A DNA stretch of 62,898 nt, the filler included, from Rhabdomonas costata (taxonomy: Eukaryota), in NCBI GenBank assembly GCA_019059605.1. It is 56 parts of 56 records of this genome, joined end to end, with 100 filler letters (N's around TTAATTAATTAA, not from the genome) between each part and the next. Parts side by side here need not be neighbours in the genome. Positions count along the whole stretch, not along the records: positions 9,001 to 10,025 come from JAHMHO010032810.1; positions 10,126 to 11,151 come from JAHMHO010032811.1; positions 11,252 to 12,276 come from JAHMHO010032812.1; positions 12,377 to 13,401 come from JAHMHO010032813.1; positions 13,502 to 14,526 come from JAHMHO010032814.1; positions 14,627 to 15,652 come from JAHMHO010032815.1; positions 15,753 to 16,777 come from JAHMHO010032816.1; positions 16,878 to 17,902 come from JAHMHO010032817.1; 48 more parts are not named here. One strand, written 5' to 3'. The position numbers were made by a program, and so were the translations under genes. Positions 9,715 through 21,277 of the stretch are shown piece after piece (position 1 is the first letter of the stretch; the number at the start of each line of letters is the position of its first letter). The notes under the pieces were generated by a model that worked only from the letters and a program-made list of their open reading frames with translations, ran no database searches and was not told the origin of the DNA.

Positions 9715-12061
9715 CTTTTCCGTTGACAGTAACATTCCATTTAATCGATCGCACACATGCCAGCGCAGAACGAAAGGCAAAATCATCCCAGAAGCTTGAA
9801 TGAAACGAGGATCATCAAATGGAGGAAAAAAGCTACCGCTTCCTCGAACAAACGAAGACGGGTCTTAAGGGAGAGAGGCTGCAGCCGCACTGGAGCTTAC
9901 AGAGATTGCCATGGAGAGCTTCCTCGAAAGTGATTGACTGAGTTAAAAAGGAAGATAACGCCCATTAGTTCAAAGTCGCTCAGTCTCCGCAGCATCTCTA
10001 ACGCAACCGTACACAACAACCCCCCNNNNNNNNNNNNNNNNNNNNNNNNNNNNNNNNNNNNNNNNNNNNTTAATTAATTAANNNNNNNNNNNNNNNNNNN
10101 NNNNNNNNNNNNNNNNNNNNNNNNNGTTTGTGGGGGGGCGCCGGCCACTTGCCCTCACCAAGCCGGTTTGAAATCTGGAAACATTCCGTGGCACAGCTTC
10201 TGCAAATGACGTGGGGGTGGGGTGAGATGCACGTGTGGCTCTGGGTATGAATGCTCTGGACACATGTGGGGTCGAATTGTCTGGCATTAGGGCTCCCACA
10301 TTCTGGGCTGTGGAGGTGTTCCTCTGGGCGGGTCTCACCGCTTATGCCTTTCCACAATCTCCCAACCAAAGCGAAGGATGTGGAAGGGGCACACGACTGC
10401 ATCACCATGTGTAACTCTGCAGCGTTACCACACCACACGCTCTGCAAACCCACCGCCCTCTGTACCCCTGCAGGGCCCTCCTGTACTGAGGCTCTGCTGT
10501 GGTTCTTTTAGAGCACCTCTGTAACAAAAAAAAGGCGAAAAGCAACGAGAAAAACACTCTGGAAATCAAACGATCTGACTACGTTTGTATTTCTTCAACA
10601 CCTGGCGTAAATTTTGAAATCCCAGACAAAGAGGGGACACTCACCTTTCAAACCGCCGCTGAGTAACACACCACACTGTCCGTGTTCTCCGCCTGCATCC
10701 GGTGAGGCCTTGTCTGTGAAACTCCAGTAGATTGGCCTTCAGAAACGCGTTCAGACCTGCCAAGTAACGCTTCTCTGCAGGGAGATTAGTGGTCTGGGAC
10801 ATCTCCACAACTCTGGAAGCACAGTAGCTCTGCAGTCAGTCACAACCCACAAACGCTCTGGAAACCCACCCTCCAGACGCACACACACACAAAACTCTGT
10901 AAGTATGGATGAAACTCTGGAAGGGTAGATCCAAGAACACTGGACTCTGAATGCAAGAACTCTGGAACAAGTAGCTAACTAAATACTACAGCAGTTGGGA
11001 AAAACCACAACCATCTAGAGAAACTCTTGACTCCGCGCAAAAGCAAAAGCTTTATGGCCCAATGCCTCTGTATCCCACTCATCTACTGTAAAATATTTCG
11101 GTAGCTGATGATGCCTTTCTGAAGCGAACAGGTCAATGCAAGGTGTCGCCANNNNNNNNNNNNNNNNNNNNNNNNNNNNNNNNNNNNNNNNNNNNTTAAT
11201 TAATTAANNNNNNNNNNNNNNNNNNNNNNNNNNNNNNNNNNNNNNNNNNNNCCACGGATTTAAGCGTCCGGGGCCACCGCCTGGCGATGACCGCCGTTAT
11301 TTTAGCATCGGCGGTGTGATTATGCACGAACCAGCGGGCCAGCGAAAGGGGCCATTGGCCGGAAAGTGGAGGAGAAATTGGCATTTAACTCACGGCTGCA
11401 GCTTCAATGCTTAACGGGCCTTTCGGGCCTCGTTTCCCAGTTCCGTCGCCATCCCGCCAAAAGAGAATGAAAAGATTGCTCAAAAATTGGTTCCGAGAGC
11501 TTCTCCCCAACGGACCACTGTGACGCTGGTCGCTTGCTACACCTCGAGGGGCCTCTGGTACTTTTTTTAAGCGGGCCCTGTGCGTATCGCTCCCCGCCCA
11601 ACACTTGAAATTCATTATCTTTCAGCGCAGTCACATGAAGTGGTAAAGTGGATAGCCTCATTTCGAATAAGTGAGTAAATAGCTCGTATACTTGGTGGCT
11701 AAATGGCGTTAAATGTATATCTGATCTCCAATTTCATTGACACCTTCGCATGCACCGCTCCGGAGAGCTTTTCAACTGCCTTCACTGTGTTCACTACCCA
11801 AGCTATACAAGCCGATTAAGGCAACGGAAGGAGTAAGGGGTGAATGTCAAACAAAAATACTGCGGCGCAACAGCCAAAGGTGTCGATCGTGCAGCATTCC
11901 AGAAGAGCAGAGGAAAGGAAGCGCTCATTTCGAACGGACAGCTAGCCGATATGGTAAAAGGAGATATAATCATCCTATACCCAACAGTTCGGTATTTTGT
12001 TTGTAACCCACAGCAAGTGCAGTGGTTCAACCATTTTTCCAAGAAATCAGGAAACGCTGGC

Positions 12062-12145
12062 TCAGTGCTTCGAGAAGTACTCCTTGCTTCCCTTCACGTC
12101 GGGCTTGATCGTGTCAGACCCAGGATTCCATCCAGCTGGGCAAAC
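12062..12145 (-). CDS. Typical 2-Cys peroxiredoxin, terminal exon
   Basis: ttttccag|[27 protein letters not shown]-stop: resolving-Cys VCP motif and C-terminal YF motif. Too short for the ORF track. Confidence 0.93.
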   Translation of the reverse strand, partial: VCPAGWNPGSDTIKPDVKGSKEYFSKH

Positions 12146-13501
12146 CTGGAAAACAAACACCCACATCAAATTGCATTCTTTGGTCAGGCCATTGTAAAAA
12201 GCACCCGATTTATTTATATAAAAGCAGGAGGCAAGTTAACGGGTAATTCCAGGCAACGTTGTAATAACACAACACANNNNNNNNNNNNNNNNNNNNNNNN
12301 NNNNNNNNNNNNNNNNNNNNTTAATTAATTAANNNNNNNNNNNNNNNNNNNNNNNNNNNNNNNNNNNNNNNNNNNNCATCGTCCTTAAGCTAATGATTTC
12401 GCCGAAAGCAAGTTTACAGCACTGGGTGTGGCAAGTCTGAAATACCTGTCTTGAGTCCCACCTGACATCCCTTTTGATTTGGCTCTGGCCGAAAGCACCA
12501 CAAAAGTCACAGCTTCCACCCCTGCGTGCAGCGGACAACAGCGTCTGCCTGAAGGCACAGAAGAGGAGGGTTTGTGTGTGGTTAACTCCACTGCCCCAGG
12601 AACGGTACGCGCCCGCTCAACATGACCAGCAACCCTAAAACAGCCAGAGAAAAAACAAAACTAACAAAGCTCTTCAATCTGTGACAAAAGCTCAGGAGTG
12701 ACTCAGCACCATTTCATTGTGAATCAGAATCGGGTTCCCAACATCAAAGCTGCGGGTCACGGTTCCTCTTCACCCAGAAGAAATGGTCCGCTTGTGTGTG
12801 TGCTGCCGCGAACAGCGCCTACAGTGGTTTTTGGCCACTGGTAGTCCTTAACCTTCTTGTGGGGGAAGATCACGTTCTCAAACTCCCCAACCCAAACCCC
12901 CAACCCCCCTTCCGCACACAAAACCACTACACTACACCCCCTTTTGCTTGGGACCTGCGCAAAACGCTTGAGGGGGGGCCCGTTTCGTTGAGCAGGCGCT
13001 GGCTTGTGAAAGTTCGTTGCCGCAAAACAGCACGCACAGCTCAGGTTAGTCCACTCGGAAGGTCTGTCGGGCAGCAGGGTGGGGTTTTCTTCCTTGGGCC
13101 CACCAGTGCCTGGAGCACGACAGCTGCCTAGCCTTCATAAAACGCTGGTCAAAGGGGGCTTGCACGTCGACAGGGCTGTCAGTTTCTTGCGTGAGTGGGA
13201 CCCTTGCCACCCACCTCAAAACAAGGCGCCCGAGGCGGGGTTCCCACTTTCCCAGTTTCGTTCCTGAAAAGAAGGGAGTTTGTTTTGTCGGGTGTTCCGC
13301 AGCACAAGGCAAAAAACTCAGGGCGCGGTGCGGGGAAAGACCGGAGAGAGACGCCGCGAGTTGTGGAAGGGGAGGTTTGCAGGGGCGGCTCCTGAGGAGA
13401 GNNNNNNNNNNNNNNNNNNNNNNNNNNNNNNNNNNNNNNNNNNNNTTAATTAATTAANNNNNNNNNNNNNNNNNNNNNNNNNNNNNNNNNNNNNNNNNNN
13501 N

Positions 13502-13764
13502 GGTTGGTCCGGCACCAGCTGGAGGAGGAGCGGCAGCAAAGGGAGCGGGAGCGGGAGCTGGACCGGCTGGAGCTCGAGCGCAAGCGGCTGGACTTCCAGC
13601 GAGAGCAGCAGCTTCGCGAGCAGTGGATCATGGAGGACGAGATGGCGGCCCGCCGCCGTGAGGAGGAGCTGAAGGCCGAGGAGGCGGAGCGTTACGAGCG
13701 CTTCCGAGAGGACCGAGAGTGGATCCTTGCCCGCCGGGCTGAGCTCGAGGAACTCAAACGCCAG
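13502..13764 (+). CDS. Charged coiled-coil protein exon (partial)
   Basis: E/R/Q-rich frame with strong GC3 bias, ending at cag|gtccgc. Confidence 0.7.
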
Positions 13765-14285
13765 GTCCGCGCCAAGTTTTAGTTTGGCGATTGGTATTTT
13801 GTTGAGTCACATAGAAATACGCCACTGCTTACGGCCGAGGCATGCTTTCCCATTGTTTCCCGTTAATTCCCAGTCCCCAATTCCTTGAGAGGGGTGGGGA
13901 AGTGAATTATGAAAACTTTCAATGAAAATGCAACCTGCACAGGGCGCATAAGTCTGTCGAGCGAGCCCATTGGGGGCGGAAGGGGGGGTGAATTCTTCTG
14001 TTCAATTCAATGTTTACTGGGACCCCTTGCTGAACGGGTTCCATCTAACATATGCAAAGTAGGAAGGAACGCAAAGTGGAGTGGGGAAAGTGGAGTGGCT
14101 AAGGCGATGGTGCATGGTTTCACACTCATAACCGCACTCAGCCTTGAGACGTTGGGTTGGGGCTTGAGTTTCGATTGCTGGATTCTTCTTCCCTCTGCGT
14201 TTCCGCTTGTTGTACTCAGTTTCAGTTTCAGTTTCAGCGGAGTGGTTAGAGACCGTCTTCGACGGGTTCCCCCTCCCTTCTCAAT

Positions 14286-14453
14286 AGCAGACTGGCGGGA
14301 GGCTCGCGCTGTACGAGCTACTTCCCGACCCTCTGCACCCCCTCTTCTTGCTGGAGCATTGGGCGTGCTCGGCGAGGGTACTCTCGCCCTTTTAGCTCAG
14401 CACTGGCGACAACGAAAGATGAAAAAGCGACCTGGAGGGAGACCCCACTGCAA
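14286..14453 (+). repeat. Dispersed repeat family A, copy 1
   Basis: Colinear blocks agcagactgg, gctacttccc, cctcttcttgctg, ggcgtgctcggc, gggtactctcgcccttt, agctcagc, ggagggagac shared with 14708-14867 on a different contig. Confidence 0.85.
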
Positions 14454-14707
14454 TTATGGGTTCGCGGAATTTTGGAAAAAAAAATTAAACTTGTAGGGTC
14501 GCACGGAAAAAAGGCAACACAACCACNNNNNNNNNNNNNNNNNNNNNNNNNNNNNNNNNNNNNNNNNNNNTTAATTAATTAANNNNNNNNNNNNNNNNNN
14601 NNNNNNNNNNNNNNNNNNNNNNNNNNTGTGTTTGTTTAGAATAGAATGGTCTCAGTTGACGAGAGCTTAGTTAACTAGTTTAGAGTTAATCTCTAACGTG
14701 TCTGAAA

Positions 14708-14867
14708 AGCAGACTGGTAGGAGGCTCTGCTGTGCGGGCTACTTCCCCTCTTCTTGCTGTAATTTATTAGGCGTGCTCGGCAACTCGGCTGGGTACTCTC
14801 GCCCTTTAGCTCAGCTATGGCGACGTCAAAAAATAAAATATCCATACGGAGGGAGACACCATCCCAA
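14708..14867 (+). repeat. Dispersed repeat family A, copy 2
   Basis: Diverged copy of 14286-14453 with indels. Confidence 0.85.
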
Positions 14868-15576
14868 CGTTTGCCATTATGTAAAAGAAATACAGGCCAC
14901 CTTTGCGGATTCCTACTTTGCTCGTTTTGTTCTGCTCTGACGTTTGCTTTCTTTGTTGCTTGTTGTTTGCTGGTAATGCTGATGCACTGTTCACTGACCT
15001 GTGGTGCGCAGTGCTGTGCATTTTATAAAATGGAGTTAAATGCGGGGACACGTTTCTGCACCAAAAATCCTCTGGAGCTTAATATTTAAATGGAGTTTAG
15101 TGGAGTAAATGGAATTTTGAACGCCGCCCTGTGTTGTTAAAAGAGCAGCGGTCCGTTGCCCCCCCCCATTAAGTCTGTTGATGGGCCACTGGAAGATTTG
15201 TCTATGGGTTAGAAGTCGTACCGATGCCAGTGCTGGTGAAAACTGGTGAAGTACAAACCACCACTATCACATGAGAGCGTTTTAAAACCAGTTGAACGTT
15301 GAAAGCATGGCCGTTTGCAGAACATCGGAAAAAACGGCTGAGGACTGATGCTGGTGGAACGCCCATTTTTCGACGCACAGACTTCAAGGTTCAATCGGAC
15401 TACATGAGCCACGAGGAAGCAAGAGTTCTCTTCCGCCGACCTCAAAAGGTTTGAACTTTTTTCCCGTAACGAAAGTGTAGTGTAGGGTTTAGATACGAGA
15501 AAAACGGGAAAATGTCCGTGTGTGTGCGTGTGTGTGTGTGGATGGTCACGGCGCACACCCTCCCCCCAACGCCCGT

Positions 15577-15649
15577 TGTGTTGTCCAGCACGAACAGCAG
15601 CACCGTGAACGCGCCAAATAACCAACAGGTGTGCAGAACAAGCAACACA
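15577..15649 (+). repeat. Dispersed repeat family B, copy 1
   Basis: About 73 bp with 3 mismatches to 49642-49714; both lie downstream of (GT)n. Confidence 0.9.
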
Positions 15650-16061
15650 CAANNNNNNNNNNNNNNNNNNNNNNNNNNNNNNNNNNNNNNNNNNNNTTAA
15701 TTAATTAANNNNNNNNNNNNNNNNNNNNNNNNNNNNNNNNNNNNNNNNNNNNTGTTGGTGGTCACTGTCCCCAAGAGTTAGTGTTCTGCATAATTAGCAC
15801 AAGTCGTGGGTTGCATAACAAGCCAACACTGCAACTAGAAGAAAAAAGGCGTTGAAACCTTTCCCGTTTCCAGCGACTGCACAAGACCCCAGTCAGCTAA
15901 AAGATTACACCTGTGTCACTGACAATTCTCGGAAGAAAAGTTTGACTTGACATTCTTTTCGCTCCTCAGAAGTCTGAAGGTTTACAGACATTTCAATGGT
16001 TTTGTGGGGCTGATGTGTTAACCTTAGGCGATTGCATGGGACGTCAAAAGCACACGCCTAC

Positions 16062-16251
16062 CGAGCTCTTCGAGGGCTCCACCGTCGCGGCTGACATTCC
16101 GACACCCACGGAGGACTTCAGGCAAACCGCCAGCTCCGCCACTTGGGGCAGAGACAGGCCTTCGCCCTCCAGCAGCTCCTCCCAAGGCTTTCCTTGCACC
16201 TGGGAGACGACCTCGACCAATTCCGACTCAGTAACGTCAAAACTAGCGGTG
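16062..16251 (-). CDS. Probable exon, unknown protein
   Basis: ctgacag|TASFDVTESELVEVVSQVQGKPWEELLEGEGLSLPQVAELAVCLKSS...|gtaggc; GC-rich open frame in AT-richer flanks. Confidence 0.4.
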
Positions 16252-19200
16252 CTGTCAGAAAAGATACACGATAAAAAAGGTTAAAGGTTAAAGGGGATTT
16301 GTTCGTAAGAGGAGAAAATAAAAATTCCTTGCTTCTTCTGGGGCCGATTCGCATTGGTCTCAAAATGCGTCAGTTAAAACGAATGGGTTCTTGAGAAAAC
16401 CGCTGAAATTTGTAATAATCCTGTGATTTTCAAAGCAGAGTTCAGCAATGAAGACGCATTGGCACGTGGTAGAGAGGAAAAAGACAACCCCCACAATTTC
16501 TATCACAAAACTGTTTTGCTTCAAGATTTTGTCAATTTCAACAGCATTTCAACAGCATCTAAAATTCGACTTAAAAGGGGCCTTTGAATTCTTTCCCCAA
16601 ACCACGTCGTTCGGAAATGTCATCCATCCAGGGGGCGGGCACCCGCCCTCCGAAACTGACCACTCTCCTTAACTAACGCCCCCGACCCTGTCCCACTGGA
16701 CGAGTTGCTTGTCATTTTGTCAAGAGATAAGCGTTCCGAAGATAAAAGTCCGTGAAAAGCAGTAAGACGAAAACAAANNNNNNNNNNNNNNNNNNNNNNN
16801 NNNNNNNNNNNNNNNNNNNNNTTAATTAATTAANNNNNNNNNNNNNNNNNNNNNNNNNNNNNNNNNNNNNNNNNNNNTGTGTTGTTGCAAACGTGTGTGT
16901 GTGTGGGGGGGGGGGCACCGCTCTTCCGGTTACTTCGACGCCCACACCCTCTCGGCGAGGTCGTCGCTCGCCCACACAACCCCCCGCTCAGGCCCTCTGG
17001 CCTGACCGGATGCTTCCGGTGCAGTGGGTTGGGTTCGGTGTCCTTAAAAGGAACCGATGTCGGAGTGTCCATTAGACCGGAGATCCCCGTCGGCGGTTCC
17101 GGCTCACAGAACCAAGAGGGCGAAGCTAAAGCAGGGCCCGTGATCTTTAGTATATACATTGAGCCAAAATATTGCGTAGCCTTGCACCTTTTTGGCCGCA
17201 TGGGTTGCCACGGCCGAAAAAGGGGAGGGCTACAGGTCCGTGCAATGCCACCGTCCTCCCTTCAATTTGAAACTTCCGTGCATGTGTTGTTTTGCAGCGC
17301 AGGCCTTTCACAGGTGACCATGGGCACTGGAACCACGTTGCACCAAGGGTACCGGGGATGGAAGACCTCCTTGGGACGAGGTGGACTTGGAGCTGTGGCG
17401 GACGAGGAGCTTTGAGCGGCGGGAGTTGGGAGCTGTTCCGCCCAACAGCGAGGGGCACTTTGGAGGACAACGACATGTGCACACCAGCGGGAGGTGGACA
17501 AGCTGTACGGAGATGTGCTCGGCTCTGGATGAGCTTCCCTTCGGTGCGGAGACAACTGGGCAGGGGCCCCCAGGCCAGGAAACCATGGCTCTGAGGTTAA
17601 GTGACCGACCTGATGAGGCGTCAACCTCTGTGATCCAGCAGTTGATCAACGGAACCCCCCTTCACAAACCCTCACTTCGAGGAATGAGGTAATACTCACA
17701 ACCTCTGTCCATATTTGCGGTTCAAAACCAATGCAGTAAAAATAATTTCGGAATTACTAATACTCACTGGAACCTGTTATAAAATTTCATAATTAAAAAG
17801 CTATTTTAAATTTAGAAAATTAATTTTGGAGCTTCTCGTTCAAAAATATGTCAGAAAAACAAAGTTGACATACTACCACACAACCCCAACTCACCTATCA
17901 CANNNNNNNNNNNNNNNNNNNNNNNNNNNNNNNNNNNNNNNNNNNNTTAATTAATTAANNNNNNNNNNNNNNNNNNNNNNNNNNNNNNNNNNNNNNNNNN
18001 NNGGGTGTTTGTATCTTCCCATTCTGTCCGTCTGTGTCTGTGCATCTGGGGGGCTCCCGCGCACATTTGAGACCATGGGTCGACGAAAGAAAGCGATAAG
18101 GCAGTTGGCGCTACCGTTTACCGTTTTGGCGAGAGATACTGTGCAGTCTCTCGCACACACACCTCGTCCACTTGAAGCTTTTGGTGAGCAGAGGTGAGGT
18201 CCATGGGCTCTCCACCGTCGATGGGACCTATGGGTGCATCGGGATTCAATAGCAAACGTCAAAACTTCGTGGTCCGCTTCAATCGGAGCGTCCTTGCTCC
18301 GATCGAAAGTCCGTCCGGTCGAAAATACCCCCTTTTTCTTTCCTCTCGCAGTTCTGTTGCCGATGCTTGTTTTGCGATGCGCAGGGGCAGCTTGGAGCCT
18401 CTGGCCTCTCGGCGCGTGCCCTCGCTGGATGATACGGAGGGTACGGCAGACATCCGCCCATCTATTCTTTTTCGTTGGTTTGCGCATAGGTCGAGGGAAC
18501 GGATCCGACTAATTAAACTTTGTTCCATTAGGTTGTGTACTGTCTTTGTGGACGGTCATCATTCCTCTCTCGCAACCTTAACTGCGTTTCTGCGTTCTTT
18601 TACTTTTTGTTTTTGTGCGTCGTGAAGACATGTAGGTATTTCGCACGCATGCACCCACATGCACATACTCTGTTTGTGCTGACCGACGGTGGAACCAGGT
18701 TTTGGTGCCTTTTTACTGTTGACTGTAATTTCATCCCTCACCTTTGTGCATGTGTCCATTGCAGCTCGCGCCAAGCCATTTGGGGCCTCGGGGACCAGCG
18801 GTTCGGGTGCCGCCGACCCGCCGTCAGAAACCGTGCCAAACTTCGCCTTAGGTCAGCCTTTCGCCTTCTCTTTCCCTCTCTTCCCTTCCTACCCTTGGCG
18901 TGGTGCACAAGTCCACAGGACACTGTGCAGTCACCTCCTAATAAAGTAAGGCAGTTGAGAACTTTGACGCAGCCAGGCCGCGCGGGAGGCTCAGCCTCAA
19001 TCCCCCTCCCTCAGAACGGGTCAAACANNNNNNNNNNNNNNNNNNNNNNNNNNNNNNNNNNNNNNNNNNNNTTAATTAATTAANNNNNNNNNNNNNNNNN
19101 NNNNNNNNNNNNNNNNNNNNNNNNNNNGTGGGTTGGGCAGGGAGCGCCCGCACACTGGTGGTGATCTTGGGGTGGCAGAGCACCCAAATCGCACTGCTGG

Positions 19201-19306
19201 TCAGAGTACTCCTGTGTTCGGAAAAAGGGGGAGCAGTTATCCGCAAATAGCACAGACAGGAAGCCTGCGACCATTTTGAAATCTATGGTGCTGGGCAGCA
19301 GTGGAC

Positions 19307-20152
19307 AACGAAGGGCGCAGTTTATCTTTGCTTTGATGCAAAGTACGTGGTCTGAAGCTGCTGCTTAATCGTATCGATGAACTTTCGCAAAGCGTCGGTC
19401 GAGGGAGGGGGTACCGTAACCCTCATTTCGCGATGCAGCGTATGGAAAACGCAATTGGTCGAATTTGTATGTCAGGCTGTGAACGCCTCGGGAGGGGTCG
19501 TGGACAAGGTGGTCGGCGACAAAGTTCTATCGCACTGGAACGCCGCCAGCAGGCAGGCCAATCACCAGAGCAAGGCCTGTGCCGCGGCGCTGGCGGTTGT
19601 CCGCGCAGCGGCAGCGTCCTCTGCTGACAGCACCCTCCCTGCTGCACAGGGCTGGCATCTTGATGTTCGGGCAGCGGTGGCCTCGGGGAGTGCGCTGTTC
19701 GGGAATGTTGGGGCGGAAAAGCACCGGAGCTTTCAGATCTTCGGCACAGTGGTATTTTCGTTATTTGCTCGACACTCCTCCCCCCTTAGTGATGTAGCGT
19801 GTGCCTGGTTTTTTGAGATTGTCAACTTCTGGAGCCACGTCTTTTGGGTTCTTACAGCGGAAATTTTGTTGGACACTCGTTTTTAGGTCACCTCAGTGTT
19901 CTTCCTGGCCAGGCACGCCCGAAGGCTTGGCGTGGCCGTGGCCTGCGACCGCGTCACGAGGGCCCAAGTGGAGCACATGGCCCAAGCTACGCTGGTGGAC
20001 CTGGTTCCCGCAGAGGAGCTTCCGGCGGCCCTGGTTCCGAGCAGCTTGCGAACACGCCGTACACAAACTGTAACCACTACATGTGATCTCTCGTCCTGCA
20101 TGACAACCTCCCAGCCCGTCATCAACTTCGACCACCATGCCTCCACCACCCC
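19307..20152 (+). CDS. Class III adenylyl/guanylyl cyclase domain, degenerate; intron 19752-19886
   Basis: GGVVDKVVGDKVLSHWNA...ACAAAL...VRAAVASGSALFGNVGAEKHRSFQIFGTV|VTSVFFLARHAR; the 135-nt GT-AG intron joins the two ORFs in frame. The 5' boundary is uncertain. Confidence 0.85.
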
Positions 20153-21129
20153 NNNNNNNNNNNNNNNNNNNNNNNNNNNNNNNNNNNNNNNNNNNNTTAA
20201 TTAATTAANNNNNNNNNNNNNNNNNNNNNNNNNNNNNNNNNNNNNNNNNNNNTGTGTGGGTTCGCATCGTTCGATTGTTTTTTCCTTCCAAAGGGTGTCT
20301 TTCTAGGTTCTGTTGGTATGATTATTCTCTTGTTATTGAAAGGGCCGCTTTTCTTCTTCTTTTAAACTGCTTTGGAACTCCGGTAACATAATCTATTTGT
20401 AATACCTATGATCTTGTCCCATCATGTGATTTCTGCTCTCACGGGCTTCCGGGGCTGCCTTCTGGCAGTGCTTCTTTCCCTGGCTACGTGTGGAGACTGC
20501 AACCTCACTCAGTCCTGGAACGGTTCAGTCTTTTACGCTGCGGCGTCCCCTGGGCCCCCGAAACCACTCATGATGAAGCGCGGGTGGGGCACGGGAGGGC
20601 TCGTTTGGCTGAGTTTCTTTTCCCGACACCGTATTGCTTTTTTTCCTCCCCCTGAAAATCGCACTATTCGCATAGTTAACCCCACCCCTCTTCCTCCCCT
20701 TTAAGCATTTTCTGATTAGTGATTAGTGAGCCTATTTGCTGAAATACGGTATGTCGTGAAGACATTGCGTTCAACGGAAATAGTTAAATGACATTTTGGT
20801 GTCTTGTTGTATCCAAGGGATTGGGAATCGCTATCACTGCTGCGGTTGCTTGGCAGACTGGTTGTAATGGTGGCCATTCAATTATCCTCTCCTGGTGTGC
20901 TGGTCTGCCAAACGGTTCTTTTGGTGAGGCGCCCGAAATTCCGCTCACCTCAACCCCTTCACTTCATACAACACCCCAGTCCCACCACCGCCACCGCGCG
21001 CGCGCCGCTCCTGCCCAAGGCGACGCCCCCTGGCAATCACCAACCAGCTGTCCGCAGGGCTCCCGCGTGCATCACATGGCAGCGTTCTGCGGTGGCAGGG
21101 CCCCCACCCCCGCCTGAGCTGCAGGCTGG

Positions 21130-21277
21130 ATCCCAGAACGGGTTCGCGCTGTGGGCCAGCCCGGGCGTGGTTCGAGCCGCTGCTGCTGTGACGGTGCAGT
21201 GGACCGCAGCGGAGTTGCAGCAGGGGGACCTTGTCGGGCTGTTCTACTGGGGCAAGTCCAGGCTTCTGTACCCCACA
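21130..21277 (+). CDS. Possible SKICH / purple acid phosphatase N-terminal-like beta-sandwich fragment
   Basis: LWASPGVVRAAAAVTVQWTAAELQQGDLVGLFYW resembles VTV.W......D.(I/V)GL(Y/F). Confidence 0.3.
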
